Shown: piece by piece, positions 15,335-23,686 of the stretch
How the letters are laid out: each line of letters begins with the position of its first letter
How positions within the stretch are numbered: the first letter of the stretch is position 1
Made by a program: the position numbers and the translations under genes
Assembly (NCBI GenBank): GCA_023898425.1
Contig: CP060222.1
Coordinates: 630,001-662,000, forward strand
Direction of reading: 5' to 3'
Source: Candidatus Saccharimonadota bacterium
GTDB taxonomy: Bacteria > Patescibacteriota > Patescibacteriia > 2-12-FULL-60-25
DNA: 32,000 nucleotides
The notes under the pieces: model-generated
Seen by the model: only the letters and a program-made list of their open reading frames with translations
The model's database searches: none
What the model was told of the DNA's origin: nothing

Positions 15335-18244
15335 TTATTTGCTCAATCTGATCTTTCCTTTATCATCCCCTACCTGCGCCTCTTCACCCTCGAGATCCGC
15401 AACAAAGCTTACTTCTTTAGCACGTAGCTCTTTAAGAAGACTTTCTTTTTCTGCTTCGATCACCTCTTTTGCTTCGCCAGAAAAATCCCATTCAACGATC
15501 GCGAGATCCGTTGGAACAAATCCACCTTCTTTACGAAGATTCATGACGTTACGGATAAATTCGCGCTTCATGCCCTTCTTCTTTAATTCTGGGGTAATAA
15601 CGGTATCAAGCTCAAGTGTCCATGCTGTATCAATCGCATTATCTGATTCAACGCGTGCCACTTCTACATTTGTTTCTTCTGCAAGAATACCTAAGAGATC
15701 TGTTTGTCGCATGAGTCTTGCTGCCTCTTCTGCATCTTTTACTTTGATGGTGAGTGAAGCCAATGCTTGCCTTACAGGAAGTTTGGCTTGTGAGCGAAGT
15801 TCGTGCGCGCGAGATGCGGCGTCACGTACCCATTGCATATCAAGCATCAAACGTTCGTCGATGACGCGATCATCGGCTTTTGGCCATTTTTCTAGATGTA
15901 CGGATGCGAGCTTGCCGCCAACTTCGAGGTACACTTTTTCTGCAATAAACGGCGTAAATGGTGCCATGAGCTTAGACGTCTCAAGTAATACCTCTAACAA
16001 CGTTTTTAGCGCATCAAGTTTTTCGTACGCATTTTCTGACTTCATACGATCACGAGAGCGACGTAACCACCACGTCGAAAGATCTTCGACAAAAAAGCGA
16101 AGTGGTCTACCGGCTTTTACGAGATCGTAGGCGTCAAACGCCTCTGTCATCTCCGCGGTAAGCTGATTGAGACGCGAAAGAATCCAACGATCTAATACAT
16201 GCGCGCTCTTTGGCTTATCAAGTTTTACATCCGTGTCTTCTGCAAAGGTAAGATAGAACGTTTTGATATTCCAAAAGAGATTCAAGAATCCACGAACAAT
16301 AGTCTGGAGATCACGTTCAGAAAAATTGAGTGATTCTGCCTCTACAACAGGTGATGTTGTGAGGTAATAACGTACAGCGTCTACGCCATGCGTTTCAAAA
16401 ACCTCCCATGGATCTGGATAATTTTTGAGACTTTTTGACATCTTTTTGCCATCTTCTGCCAATACTAGACCGGTACAAATAACATTTTTAAATGCCGGCT
16501 TACCAAAAAGCGCTGACGAAAGCACATGCAATGAATAGAACCATCCACGTGTTTGATCTTGCGCCTCACCAATAAAGTCTGCTGGGAAGCCTGACTCAAA
16601 CGTTTTTGCATGCTGAAACGGATAATGGATGGACGCAAATGGCATACTCCCCGAATCAAACCAAGTGTCAAAGACTTCTGGAATGCGCTTTGCTTCTTTG
16701 CCTGAATCTGTAAGCACAATCACCTCATCAATCATTGGACGATGAAGATCGAGTTTTTCAGGCATTGTACCCGGTTTAGCACGCTTCTTGAGTTCTTCAA
16801 TCGAAGAAATTACGACACGTTCACCGTCTTCGGTTTCCCATACTGGGATTGGCGAACCCCAATAACGTGTGCGTGAGATATTCCAGTCTGGTGCTGTTTC
16901 TAGACCTTTGCCAAAGCGACCTTCTTTAAAATGTTCTGGATGCCAGTTAATGCCTTCTGCCGCCTTAATCATAGTTGGGCGAAGCTTATTGATATCTACA
17001 TACCAAGCTGGTTGCGCCTTAAACATCAGACGCGTCGTACAACGCCAACATGTTGCAACATTATGCAAGATACTTTCTTTTTTAAATAAACGATCTGCTG
17101 TTTTTAAGGCATCAATCACCACACCGTGCGCATCATTAATAGCGATGCCGGCAAAAGCACCCATGTCTGCATCAAAATTTCCTTCATCATCAACCGTCAT
17201 TAAAATAGGAAGCTGATGTTTTTGATGCATCTGAAAATCTTCTTCACCAAAAGCAGGAGCGGTATGCACGATACCGGTACCATCCGTGTCTGTTACATGC
17301 TCACCGGCCACAACGCGATACGCATCACCTTCTGGTTTTTTTATTTCGAGAACAGGCACATAACGTTGACCGACAAGCTCGCTCCCCTTTTTCTTCCAAA
17401 CGATTTCGTAGGCGCTAGGATCCTCACCAAAATAATGCGCCACGCGCGCTTCGACAACGACATAGGTCATCGTTGAATCTTTTGGTTTTACTCCAACGTA
17501 TTCTAGATTTGCATTGACCGTGAGACCGGTATTAGCTGGCAATGTCCAAGGTGTTGTTGTCCAAGCTAAGAAGGCCGTTTTTTCGTCATCCACAAAAGGA
17601 AACGTTACGGTGAGCGCTGGATCTTTTTGCTCGACATATTCTCCCATCGAAACTTCTTGATTAGAAATCGCTGTCGCACAACGTGGACAGTATTGAGAAA
17701 CGCGAACACCTTTATAAACAAGTTCTTTTTTGACGAGTTCAGAAAAAGCCCACCACTCCGATTCGATATAGGTATTATCCATCGTCTTATAGGAGTTCTC
17801 AAAATCCACCCAGCGACCAAAACGATGGACATAGCGCTCCCATTCTTTTTCGTACGTAAATATATTTTGACGACATTGCTCGTTAAACTTACCAATACCG
17901 TATTCTTCGATGGCGTGTTTTGTGCCAAGGTTTAATTGCTTCTCAACAATATTCTCAATTGGCAAGCCGTGACAATCCCAACCCCATACACGAGGAACGC
18001 GATAACCCTTCATCGTCCAATAGCGTGGGACAACATCTTTGATCGCGGATTGTAGGAGATGACCGTAATGCGGTAAACCCGTCGCAAAAGGAGGCCCATC
18101 GTAAAAATGGAATGTTTTATTTTCTGGCCGTTCTTCTAGCGAGCGACGAAAAATCTCTTGTTTTTTCCAGTAGGCGCTGATTTCTTCTTCCATTTTTGGA
18201 AAGAGTGCTGCTTTGGGCTGTTCGGAACGGTTTTTGTCTGACAT
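15335..18244 (-). CDS. ileS: Isoleucine--tRNA ligase, type 2 (eukaryote-like)
   Basis: 969 aa. The sequence FYDGPPFATGLPHYGHLL (HIGH region) and WGWDCHGLPIE are characteristic of type-2 IleRS. KMSKS is present. Confidence 0.97.
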   Translation of the reverse strand: MSDKNRSEQPKAALFPKMEEEISAYWKKQEIFRRSLEERPENKTFHFYDGPPFATGLPHYGHLLQSAIKDVVPRYWTMKGYRVPRVWGWDCHGLPIENIVEKQLNLGTKHAIEEYGIGKFNEQCRQNIFTYEKEWERYVHRFGRWVDFENSYKTMDNTYIESEWWAFSELVKKELVYKGVRVSQYCPRCATAISNQEVSMGEYVEQKDPALTVTFPFVDDEKTAFLAWTTTPWTLPANTGLTVNANLEYVGVKPKDSTMTYVVVEARVAHYFGEDPSAYEIVWKKKGSELVGQRYVPVLEIKKPEGDAYRVVAGEHVTDTDGTGIVHTAPAFGEEDFQMHQKHQLPILMTVDDEGNFDADMGAFAGIAINDAHGVVIDALKTADRLFKKESILHNVATCWRCTTRLMFKAQPAWYVDINKLRPTMIKAAEGINWHPEHFKEGRFGKGLETAPDWNISRTRYWGSPIPVWETEDGERVVISSIEELKKRAKPGTMPEKLDLHRPMIDEVIVLTDSGKEAKRIPEVFDTWFDSGSMPFASIHYPFQHAKTFESGFPADFIGEAQDQTRGWFYSLHVLSSALFGKPAFKNVICTGLVLAEDGKKMSKSLKNYPDPWEVFETHGVDAVRYYLTTSPVVEAESLNFSERDLQTIVRGFLNLFWNIKTFYLTFAEDTDVKLDKPKSAHVLDRWILSRLNQLTAEMTEAFDAYDLVKAGRPLRFFVEDLSTWWLRRSRDRMKSENAYEKLDALKTLLEVLLETSKLMAPFTPFIAEKVYLEVGGKLASVHLEKWPKADDRVIDERLMLDMQWVRDAASRAHELRSQAKLPVRQALASLTIKVKDAEEAARLMRQTDLLGILAEETNVEVARVESDNAIDTAWTLELDTVITPELKKKGMKREFIRNVMNLRKEGGFVPTDLAIVEWDFSGEAKEVIEAEKESLLKELRAKEVSFVADLEGEEAQVGDDKGKIRLSK

Positions 18245-18293
18245 ACTAGGGTAGAATGCTTGTCTTTTTGCTTTAGGTCAAGCGAAAAATCCT

Positions 18294-18740
18294 ATGTCCA
18301 AAAAAACCCCTATCTATCTTGCCGCAGATCATGCAGGCTTTGCACTCAAAGAGAAAATCAAGACGTTTTTAGAAAAAAATCGAGAAATTATCGATCTTTC
18401 TCCTGCATTAAAAAAAGAGGATGACTATCCCCTTCATGCACAAAAAGTCGCTCTCGCTCTCTTAGACAATCAAAATGCACTTGGCATACTTGTCTGTGGC
18501 ACAGGTCATGGCATGGATATTGCCGCGAACCGCTACCAAGGAATCCGTGCTATTGTCGCTCGAAACGTAGATGATGCCGTGCTTGCGCGTGAACATAATC
18601 ATGCCAATATCCTTGTCTTGGGTGGCTGGGTCACGAAACCCGCTCTCGCACAAAAAATAATAGAACGTTTTCTTGCCACTAAACCATCGACGGCCGCTCG
18701 ACACAAAAGACGTGTTGCCTCATTAGACCATCTTGTTTGA
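18294..18740 (+). CDS. rpiB: Ribose-5-phosphate isomerase B
   Basis: IYLAADHAGFALKEKI, LVCGTGHGMDIAANRYQGIRA and REHNHANILVLGG match the RpiB/LacAB family pattern. Confidence 0.92.
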   Translation: MSKKTPIYLAADHAGFALKEKIKTFLEKNREIIDLSPALKKEDDYPLHAQKVALALLDNQNALGILVCGTGHGMDIAANRYQGIRAIVARNVDDAVLAREHNHANILVLGGWVTKPALAQKIIERFLATKPSTAARHKRRVASLDHLV

Positions 18741-18741
18741 T

Positions 18742-19407
18742 ATGCCTTGCGAAATTATCCCCGCCTTACTCGTAAATAGCGAAGAGCATGCCCTCGTTCA
18801 GATCACCAAACTTGGTGATTATTCTGGCTGGATGCAAATTGATATTCTCGACGGTACATTAAATCGTTTTATGTCATTTTCTGATGCGAATGCTTTGTCA
18901 TTGTTATTACCAGAAAATCCTATCGAACTACACTTAATGGTAGCGAATCCTAAAGAACATATCGAAGAGTGGCAGCGTGTGCTTAGCGCAAAACAATCGA
19001 GACGAGCTATTTGGCATATCGAGGCTATGGCGGATCACGCAGAGCTTATTGAGTATTGTCGTGCACATAATTGGCAATGCGGTATCGCGCTTGGTCCGAA
19101 TACCAAAATTGAAGCTTTGCGACCTTACCTTGATCGTATTGATGAAGTCCTTGTTCTCGGCGTTCATCCAGGTCAAAGCGGTCAAACACTTATTCCAAAA
19201 ACCCTTGATACGGTTCGAGCATTAAAACTCACACCTAATAAAACGTTTACGATCGGATTTGATGGCGGGATTAATGGACAAAATATCCTTGATCTCAAAG
19301 ATGCGGGTGTAGAACGCTTTTGTTTAGCGAGCGCAATCTTTAAAGCCGTTAGCCCAACGAATACCCTCGCGCATCTCACGCAAAAACTCGGGATTCAACA
19401 AACGTGA
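18742..19407 (+). CDS. rpe: Ribulose-phosphate 3-epimerase (divergent)
   Basis: IIPALL, MQIDILDGTL, ELHLMV, WHIEA, VLVLGVHPGQSGQ, IGFDGGIN and LASAIF. ATG 18742 follows the rpiB stop by 1 nt. Confidence 0.85.
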   Translation: MPCEIIPALLVNSEEHALVQITKLGDYSGWMQIDILDGTLNRFMSFSDANALSLLLPENPIELHLMVANPKEHIEEWQRVLSAKQSRRAIWHIEAMADHAELIEYCRAHNWQCGIALGPNTKIEALRPYLDRIDEVLVLGVHPGQSGQTLIPKTLDTVRALKLTPNKTFTIGFDGGINGQNILDLKDAGVERFCLASAIFKAVSPTNTLAHLTQKLGIQQT

Positions 19408-19423
19408 TATAGTATGGGGGTCT

Positions 19424-20872
19424 ATGACTATTAAGACCCTTCTATATAAAACGATCGGCCCACTTGGGGCAATCGCGCTCTTTGCTATGCCTGTTATCAG
19501 TCATGCAGAGACTGCCGTACCCACGCTTTATTCGGGGCTAACGGCTACAAATAGCCTTATTAAAGGTTCTGGTCCTGCGGTTTACTATCTTTCATCTAAT
19601 GGTAAGCGCTATGTCTTTCCGAATGAAAAGACCTACCTTACTTGGTATTCTGATTTTTCTTCTGTTCAGACAATCTCTGACTCTGAACTTGCCGCAATCT
19701 CCATTGGCGGAAACGTTACCTATCGACCAGGTACGCGTTTAATTAAAATCACGACTGATCCACGCGTTTACGCTGTAGACACAAACGGTGTCCTTCGTTG
19801 GATTGGCAGCGAAGATGTTGCCAAAATTCTCTACGGAGAACAGTGGGCAAAAAATGTTGATGATTTATCAGATGCTTTTTTTGTAAACTATTCCATCGGG
19901 CTTAGCATTACGAATGCTGCTGAGTACTCCCCTGTCACCGTAACGGCAAAAGCAACAAGTATTGATACAGATAAGAATATCACTGGGCCTACGGAGCCAA
20001 CAACACCAACAACTCCAACAGAGCCAACAACTCCACCCACGAGCACACCCGCAACAAATAAAGGTACGCTCTATCTGTCAAAAAACGCAGAAAAGCCCTT
20101 AGGCGTAATCAATATTCTTGCTACCGCAAATCCTGCCACAAACTTTAGCAAAGTTGATCTCTTCTTTAATGGCATATTAACTAAGACATGTGCCTACAAT
20201 CCATGCTCTACTGACGAAACGCTCTTGCTAAACGCAGAGGGCACGGTTCCTGTTGTAGCGAAATTTTATTGGATGGATGCTTCAACCTATCAAACAACGT
20301 CTACCATTACCGTTATCCCTGGTGTTGCTGGCTTAACCTTATCTACAACACGTCCAGAAGTACGCCCTGACTCTTATAGAGAAGTGGTAGCACGCATTGA
20401 AAGCTCGACTATTATTGCTCGAACCATTGAAATCACTATGGATGGTGCCATTATAAAAGCCTGTGACAATGTACAAGAATGTCGATCATCCGAATTAGAA
20501 AGCTCAGCGATTGGCACCGTTCACCAGTTTAAAGCCGTCATTACTGAGCCAAGCGGACAGCGACACGAAACCGAAATAAAAACGATCGAAGTTGTAGAAA
20601 ATGAAGCGCCTATTATTTATACATCCATCGGAAACCTATTACCTGTTACCGGTGAGCAAACAGAAATAAGCGCACAAGCAAGCGATGAAGATGGTATTGA
20701 TAAAATGGAAATTCTTGTAAACGGTGTTGCGGTAAGAACATGCAATGCCGCGAGTTGCTCTGCAATGCTTGGACCTTGGTCAACAACGCAATCTGTATCT
20801 GTCCAAGTACGCGCAACCGACCTTCAAAACAAAAGCGGGCTTTCAGATATTTCGGTTATCAACGTTCGTTAG
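19424..20872 (+). CDS. Secreted protein: signal peptide, conserved N-domain (shared with the next gene), Pro/Thr linker, and three Ig-like repeats each with a Cys pair
   Basis: The signal peptide is ...FAMPVISHA/ET. The N-domain spans aa about 45-168, followed by the linker GPTEPTTPTTPTEPTTPPTSTPA. Three modules of about 90 aa carry FFNGILTKTCAYNPCS, TMDGAIIKACDNVQECRS and LVNGVAVRTCNAASCS. Confidence 0.8.
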   Translation: MTIKTLLYKTIGPLGAIALFAMPVISHAETAVPTLYSGLTATNSLIKGSGPAVYYLSSNGKRYVFPNEKTYLTWYSDFSSVQTISDSELAAISIGGNVTYRPGTRLIKITTDPRVYAVDTNGVLRWIGSEDVAKILYGEQWAKNVDDLSDAFFVNYSIGLSITNAAEYSPVTVTAKATSIDTDKNITGPTEPTTPTTPTEPTTPPTSTPATNKGTLYLSKNAEKPLGVINILATANPATNFSKVDLFFNGILTKTCAYNPCSTDETLLLNAEGTVPVVAKFYWMDASTYQTTSTITVIPGVAGLTLSTTRPEVRPDSYREVVARIESSTIIARTIEITMDGAIIKACDNVQECRSSELESSAIGTVHQFKAVITEPSGQRHETEIKTIEVVENEAPIIYTSIGNLLPVTGEQTEISAQASDEDGIDKMEILVNGVAVRTCNAASCSAMLGPWSTTQSVSVQVRATDLQNKSGLSDISVINVR

Positions 20873-20879
20873 TTTGACG

Positions 20880-20902
20880 GGATGCCCACATTGTTGGCAT
20901 CC
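20880..20902 (+). terminator. Weak hairpin after the 482-aa secreted-protein gene
   Basis: ggatgcc-cacattgtt-ggcatcc has a 7-bp stem and no U-tract. Confidence 0.3.
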
Positions 20903-20944
20903 TATGATCACTTATTCACTCATCTCACATAAACAACCTTCTTT

Positions 20945-21733
20945 ATGAAGCTCATGTTCTCCCGCGCTGTCGCAACACTTGCAACAGCTTCTATGCTCGC
21001 AGCACCACTCGCTGCAGGCGCTGCTACAACAGGTGCATTTAACGCTGGTGACCTTATTAAGGCATCCGGTGCAGCTGTTTACTACTTTGCACCTAACGGT
21101 AAGCGCTATGTCTTTCCAAACGACAAGACCTACTTTACTTGGTACAAAGATTTTTCCGGTGTACGTACCATCTCTGATGGCGCACTTTCATCCATCCCAC
21201 TAGGCGGCAACGTTACGTATCGCCCTGGTTACAAGATGGTAAAGATCACGACTGATCCACGTACATACGTTGTTGATCAAGGTGGTATTCTTCGCCAAAT
21301 TGGTTCTGAGCAACTTGCTCAAACGCTTTACGGTCCAACATGGAACAGCCAAGTTGATGATATCCCTGATGCGTTCTTTGTAAACTATCGCTTAGGTACA
21401 CAGATCCAAACCGCTTCTGATTACAACCCAGAAAACGTAAAGACACTTACCACAACCATTTCGCAAGACAAGCAATTTGATGAAACTCTCGCAACCATCA
21501 CGATTGGTAGCGTATCAAATGGCTTTGTCCCAGCAACGCTTACGGTAAAGAAAGGCACGACAGTTACCTGGACAAACCGTGATATCGTCGTTCACTCTGT
21601 AGTAGGTAATGGCTTTAACTCTGGTGATGTAAAACCAGGTGACAGCTACTCGAAACAATTCAACACCGTTGGATCATTCGACTACTCAGACACTATCAAC
21701 CCTGTTATGCAGGGTACGATCAACGTTCAATAA
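20945..21733 (+). CDS. Secreted protein: signal peptide, the same N-domain as the upstream gene, and a C-terminal cupredoxin-like domain lacking Cu ligands
   Basis: The signal peptide is ...APLAAGA/AT. The N-domain (aa about 37-161) is clearly homologous to aa 45-168 of the upstream protein. The C-terminus FVPATLTVKKGTTVTWTNRDIVVHSV...GSFDYSDTINPVMQGTINVQ follows the plastocyanin/amicyanin-like pattern. Confidence 0.8.
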   Translation: MKLMFSRAVATLATASMLAAPLAAGAATTGAFNAGDLIKASGAAVYYFAPNGKRYVFPNDKTYFTWYKDFSGVRTISDGALSSIPLGGNVTYRPGYKMVKITTDPRTYVVDQGGILRQIGSEQLAQTLYGPTWNSQVDDIPDAFFVNYRLGTQIQTASDYNPENVKTLTTTISQDKQFDETLATITIGSVSNGFVPATLTVKKGTTVTWTNRDIVVHSVVGNGFNSGDVKPGDSYSKQFNTVGSFDYSDTINPVMQGTINVQ

Positions 21734-21749
21734 GATTTTTCTTCGCAAA

Positions 21750-21776
21750 CCCCCGACCTCTGGTTGGGGGTTTTGT
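21750..21776 (+). terminator. Intrinsic terminator after the cupredoxin-like gene
   Basis: cccccgacc-tct-ggttggggg is followed by ttttgtgtt. Confidence 0.65.
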
Positions 21777-21790
21777 GTTACAATAGAATC

Positions 21791-22654
21791 ATGTCTAAAC
21801 GTGCGCACCTTTCTATAAGAGACTTAGAGCTCTTAGCCTACGAATTACGCCAAGATGTTATCCAGGCACTCGTAGAAGCAAAATCCGGTCACTCAGCTGG
21901 TCCGCTAGGCACTGCCGAGCTATTTGCAGCACTCTATTTTTCGGTCATGAATGTTGATCCGAAAAAACCCAATCTCCCCAACCGTGATCGCTTTGTCCTA
22001 TCTAATGCCCATATCTGCCCTATTCTCTATGCGACACTCGCTCGAAAAGGCTTTTGTGATCGACAAGACTTTTTAAAAAACCTGCGCAAAATCGGTCATC
22101 CATTTCAAGGCCACTCAAATAATCACTGGAATATCGGCATCGAAACTTGCGGAGGACCGCTAGCTCAAGGCGTCTCACAAGCTGTTGGGATGGCTTTATA
22201 CGCAAGACAAACAAAACAAGATTGGCGTACCTACCTTATGACTGGTGATGGCGAACTCGACGAAGGTCAGTGCTGGGAAGGCTTTATGTTTGCCGGCAAA
22301 GAACGCTTGAATAACCTTGTAGCTATCGTTGACCGTAACAATATTCAAATTGATGGCTTTACAGAAAATATCATGCCGCTCGAACCACTTGCGGATAAAT
22401 TTAAAGCCTTTGGCTGGCATGTTATTTCTATCGATGGTCATAATGTTCGTGCAATTTTAGATGCGTTTCAAAAGGCCGAAGCGATTTACGAAAAACCTAC
22501 CGTGATTATCGCACACACTATACCAGGTAAAGGCGTGCACTTTATGGAACGTGATTATGTTTGGCATGGCAAACCACCAAATCCAGAAGAAGCAAAACTC
22601 GCCCTAAAAGAATTACGCACACTCCAGGGGCGCATTAAATCCGAACACGAATAA
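21791..22654 (+). CDS. tkt: Transketolase, N-terminal (TPP-binding) subunit of a split enzyme
   Basis: HSAGPLGTAELFAALYF, GHPFQGHS, MTGDGELDEGQCWEG and VDRNNIQIDG. The start is at ATG 21791, because the track start at 21764 falls inside the upstream terminator. Confidence 0.93.
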   Translation: MSKRAHLSIRDLELLAYELRQDVIQALVEAKSGHSAGPLGTAELFAALYFSVMNVDPKKPNLPNRDRFVLSNAHICPILYATLARKGFCDRQDFLKNLRKIGHPFQGHSNNHWNIGIETCGGPLAQGVSQAVGMALYARQTKQDWRTYLMTGDGELDEGQCWEGFMFAGKERLNNLVAIVDRNNIQIDGFTENIMPLEPLADKFKAFGWHVISIDGHNVRAILDAFQKAEAIYEKPTVIIAHTIPGKGVHFMERDYVWHGKPPNPEEAKLALKELRTLQGRIKSEHE

Positions 22655-22655
22655 T

Positions 22656-23633
22656 ATGGCATCATTATTTCTCAATCCCGATCTCTATAAAAAAGAGATT
22701 GAACAAATCCCAACCCGTAATGGTTATGGGGATGCATTACTTGCGCTAGGCAAAACAAACAAAGACGTATTTGTTTTAACGGGTGATCTCGCAGAGTCTA
22801 CTCGCGTGAACCAATTTCAAAATGCTTATCCTGAACGTTTTGTAGAATGCGGTATCGCTGAACAAAATATGATGGGCATCGCTGCTGGTATGGCTCTCTC
22901 GGGCGCAACACCGTTTGTAAGTTCATATGCGGTATTTGTCCCTGGGCGCTGCTGGGATCAGCTACGCGTGTCTGTAGCCTATGCCAATGCCAATGTAAAA
23001 GTTGCTGGTGCACACTCGGGTATCTCGGTAGGACCAGATGGCGCAACGCATCAAGCGCTAGAAGATATCGCCATCACACGTGTACTCCCAGGTATGACGG
23101 TCGTTGTGCCATGCGACTACGAAGAAACCTATAAAACCACCGTCGCATTAGCAGATGTAAAAGGTCCGGCGTACTTTCGTTTTGCTCGCGAAAAAACAGC
23201 CGTTATCACCACCAAGAAAACACCTTTTGTTATTGGCAAAGCAAATGTCTTAGTACCAGGAAAAGACGTTACTATCGTCGCCTGCGGACCACTTGTGTAT
23301 GAATCGCTTATGGCTGCAAAACAATTAGAAGCAAAAGGCATTTCTTGTGAGGTTATCAATTCACACACCATTAAACCGCTTGATGCGGCAACCATCGTAA
23401 AAAGCGTTAAGAAAACTGGATGCTGTGTGACTGTAGAAGAACATCAAACAACCGGCGGACTCTTTGGTGCAGTTGCTGAGGCGCTTACGCGCACTTATCC
23501 TGTTCCTATTGAACCAATCGGCATGCCAGACTCTTTTGGTGAATCCGGCGAACCGCAACAGCTCTTAAAAAAATACGGGATGACCGATAAAGATATCGTA
23601 AAAGCTGTAACAAAGGTCTTAAAAAGAAAATAA
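22656..23633 (+). CDS. tkt: Transketolase, C-terminal (pyrimidine-binding plus C-terminal domain) subunit
   Basis: RNGYGDALLALG, FVECGIAEQNMMGIAAGMA and GPDGATHQALEDIAITR. The start is 1 nt after the stop of the N-terminal subunit. Confidence 0.93.
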   Translation: MASLFLNPDLYKKEIEQIPTRNGYGDALLALGKTNKDVFVLTGDLAESTRVNQFQNAYPERFVECGIAEQNMMGIAAGMALSGATPFVSSYAVFVPGRCWDQLRVSVAYANANVKVAGAHSGISVGPDGATHQALEDIAITRVLPGMTVVVPCDYEETYKTTVALADVKGPAYFRFAREKTAVITTKKTPFVIGKANVLVPGKDVTIVACGPLVYESLMAAKQLEAKGISCEVINSHTIKPLDAATIVKSVKKTGCCVTVEEHQTTGGLFGAVAEALTRTYPVPIEPIGMPDSFGESGEPQQLLKKYGMTDKDIVKAVTKVLKRK

Positions 23634-23641
23634 AAAGTAGC

Positions 23642-23672
23642 AAAAAACACTCAAGAAGAACTTGAGTGTTTT
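23642..23672. terminator. Bidirectional intrinsic terminator (tkt and the Cys-rich lipoprotein gene)
   Basis: aaaaaacactcaag-aagaa-cttgagtgtttt sits between convergent genes. Confidence 0.75.
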
Positions 23673-23686
23673 GCTATAGTGACTTG

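Noticed and set aside
15312-16130. 272-aa plus-strand ORF.
   Set aside because: It is entirely antisense to ileS, with Ser/Arg-rich low-complexity sequence typical of a shadow ORF.
21764-21790. Upstream TTG start for the transketolase N-terminal subunit.
   Set aside because: The codons fall within the terminator hairpin and U-tract of the preceding gene. ATG 21791 gives a conventional N-terminus.
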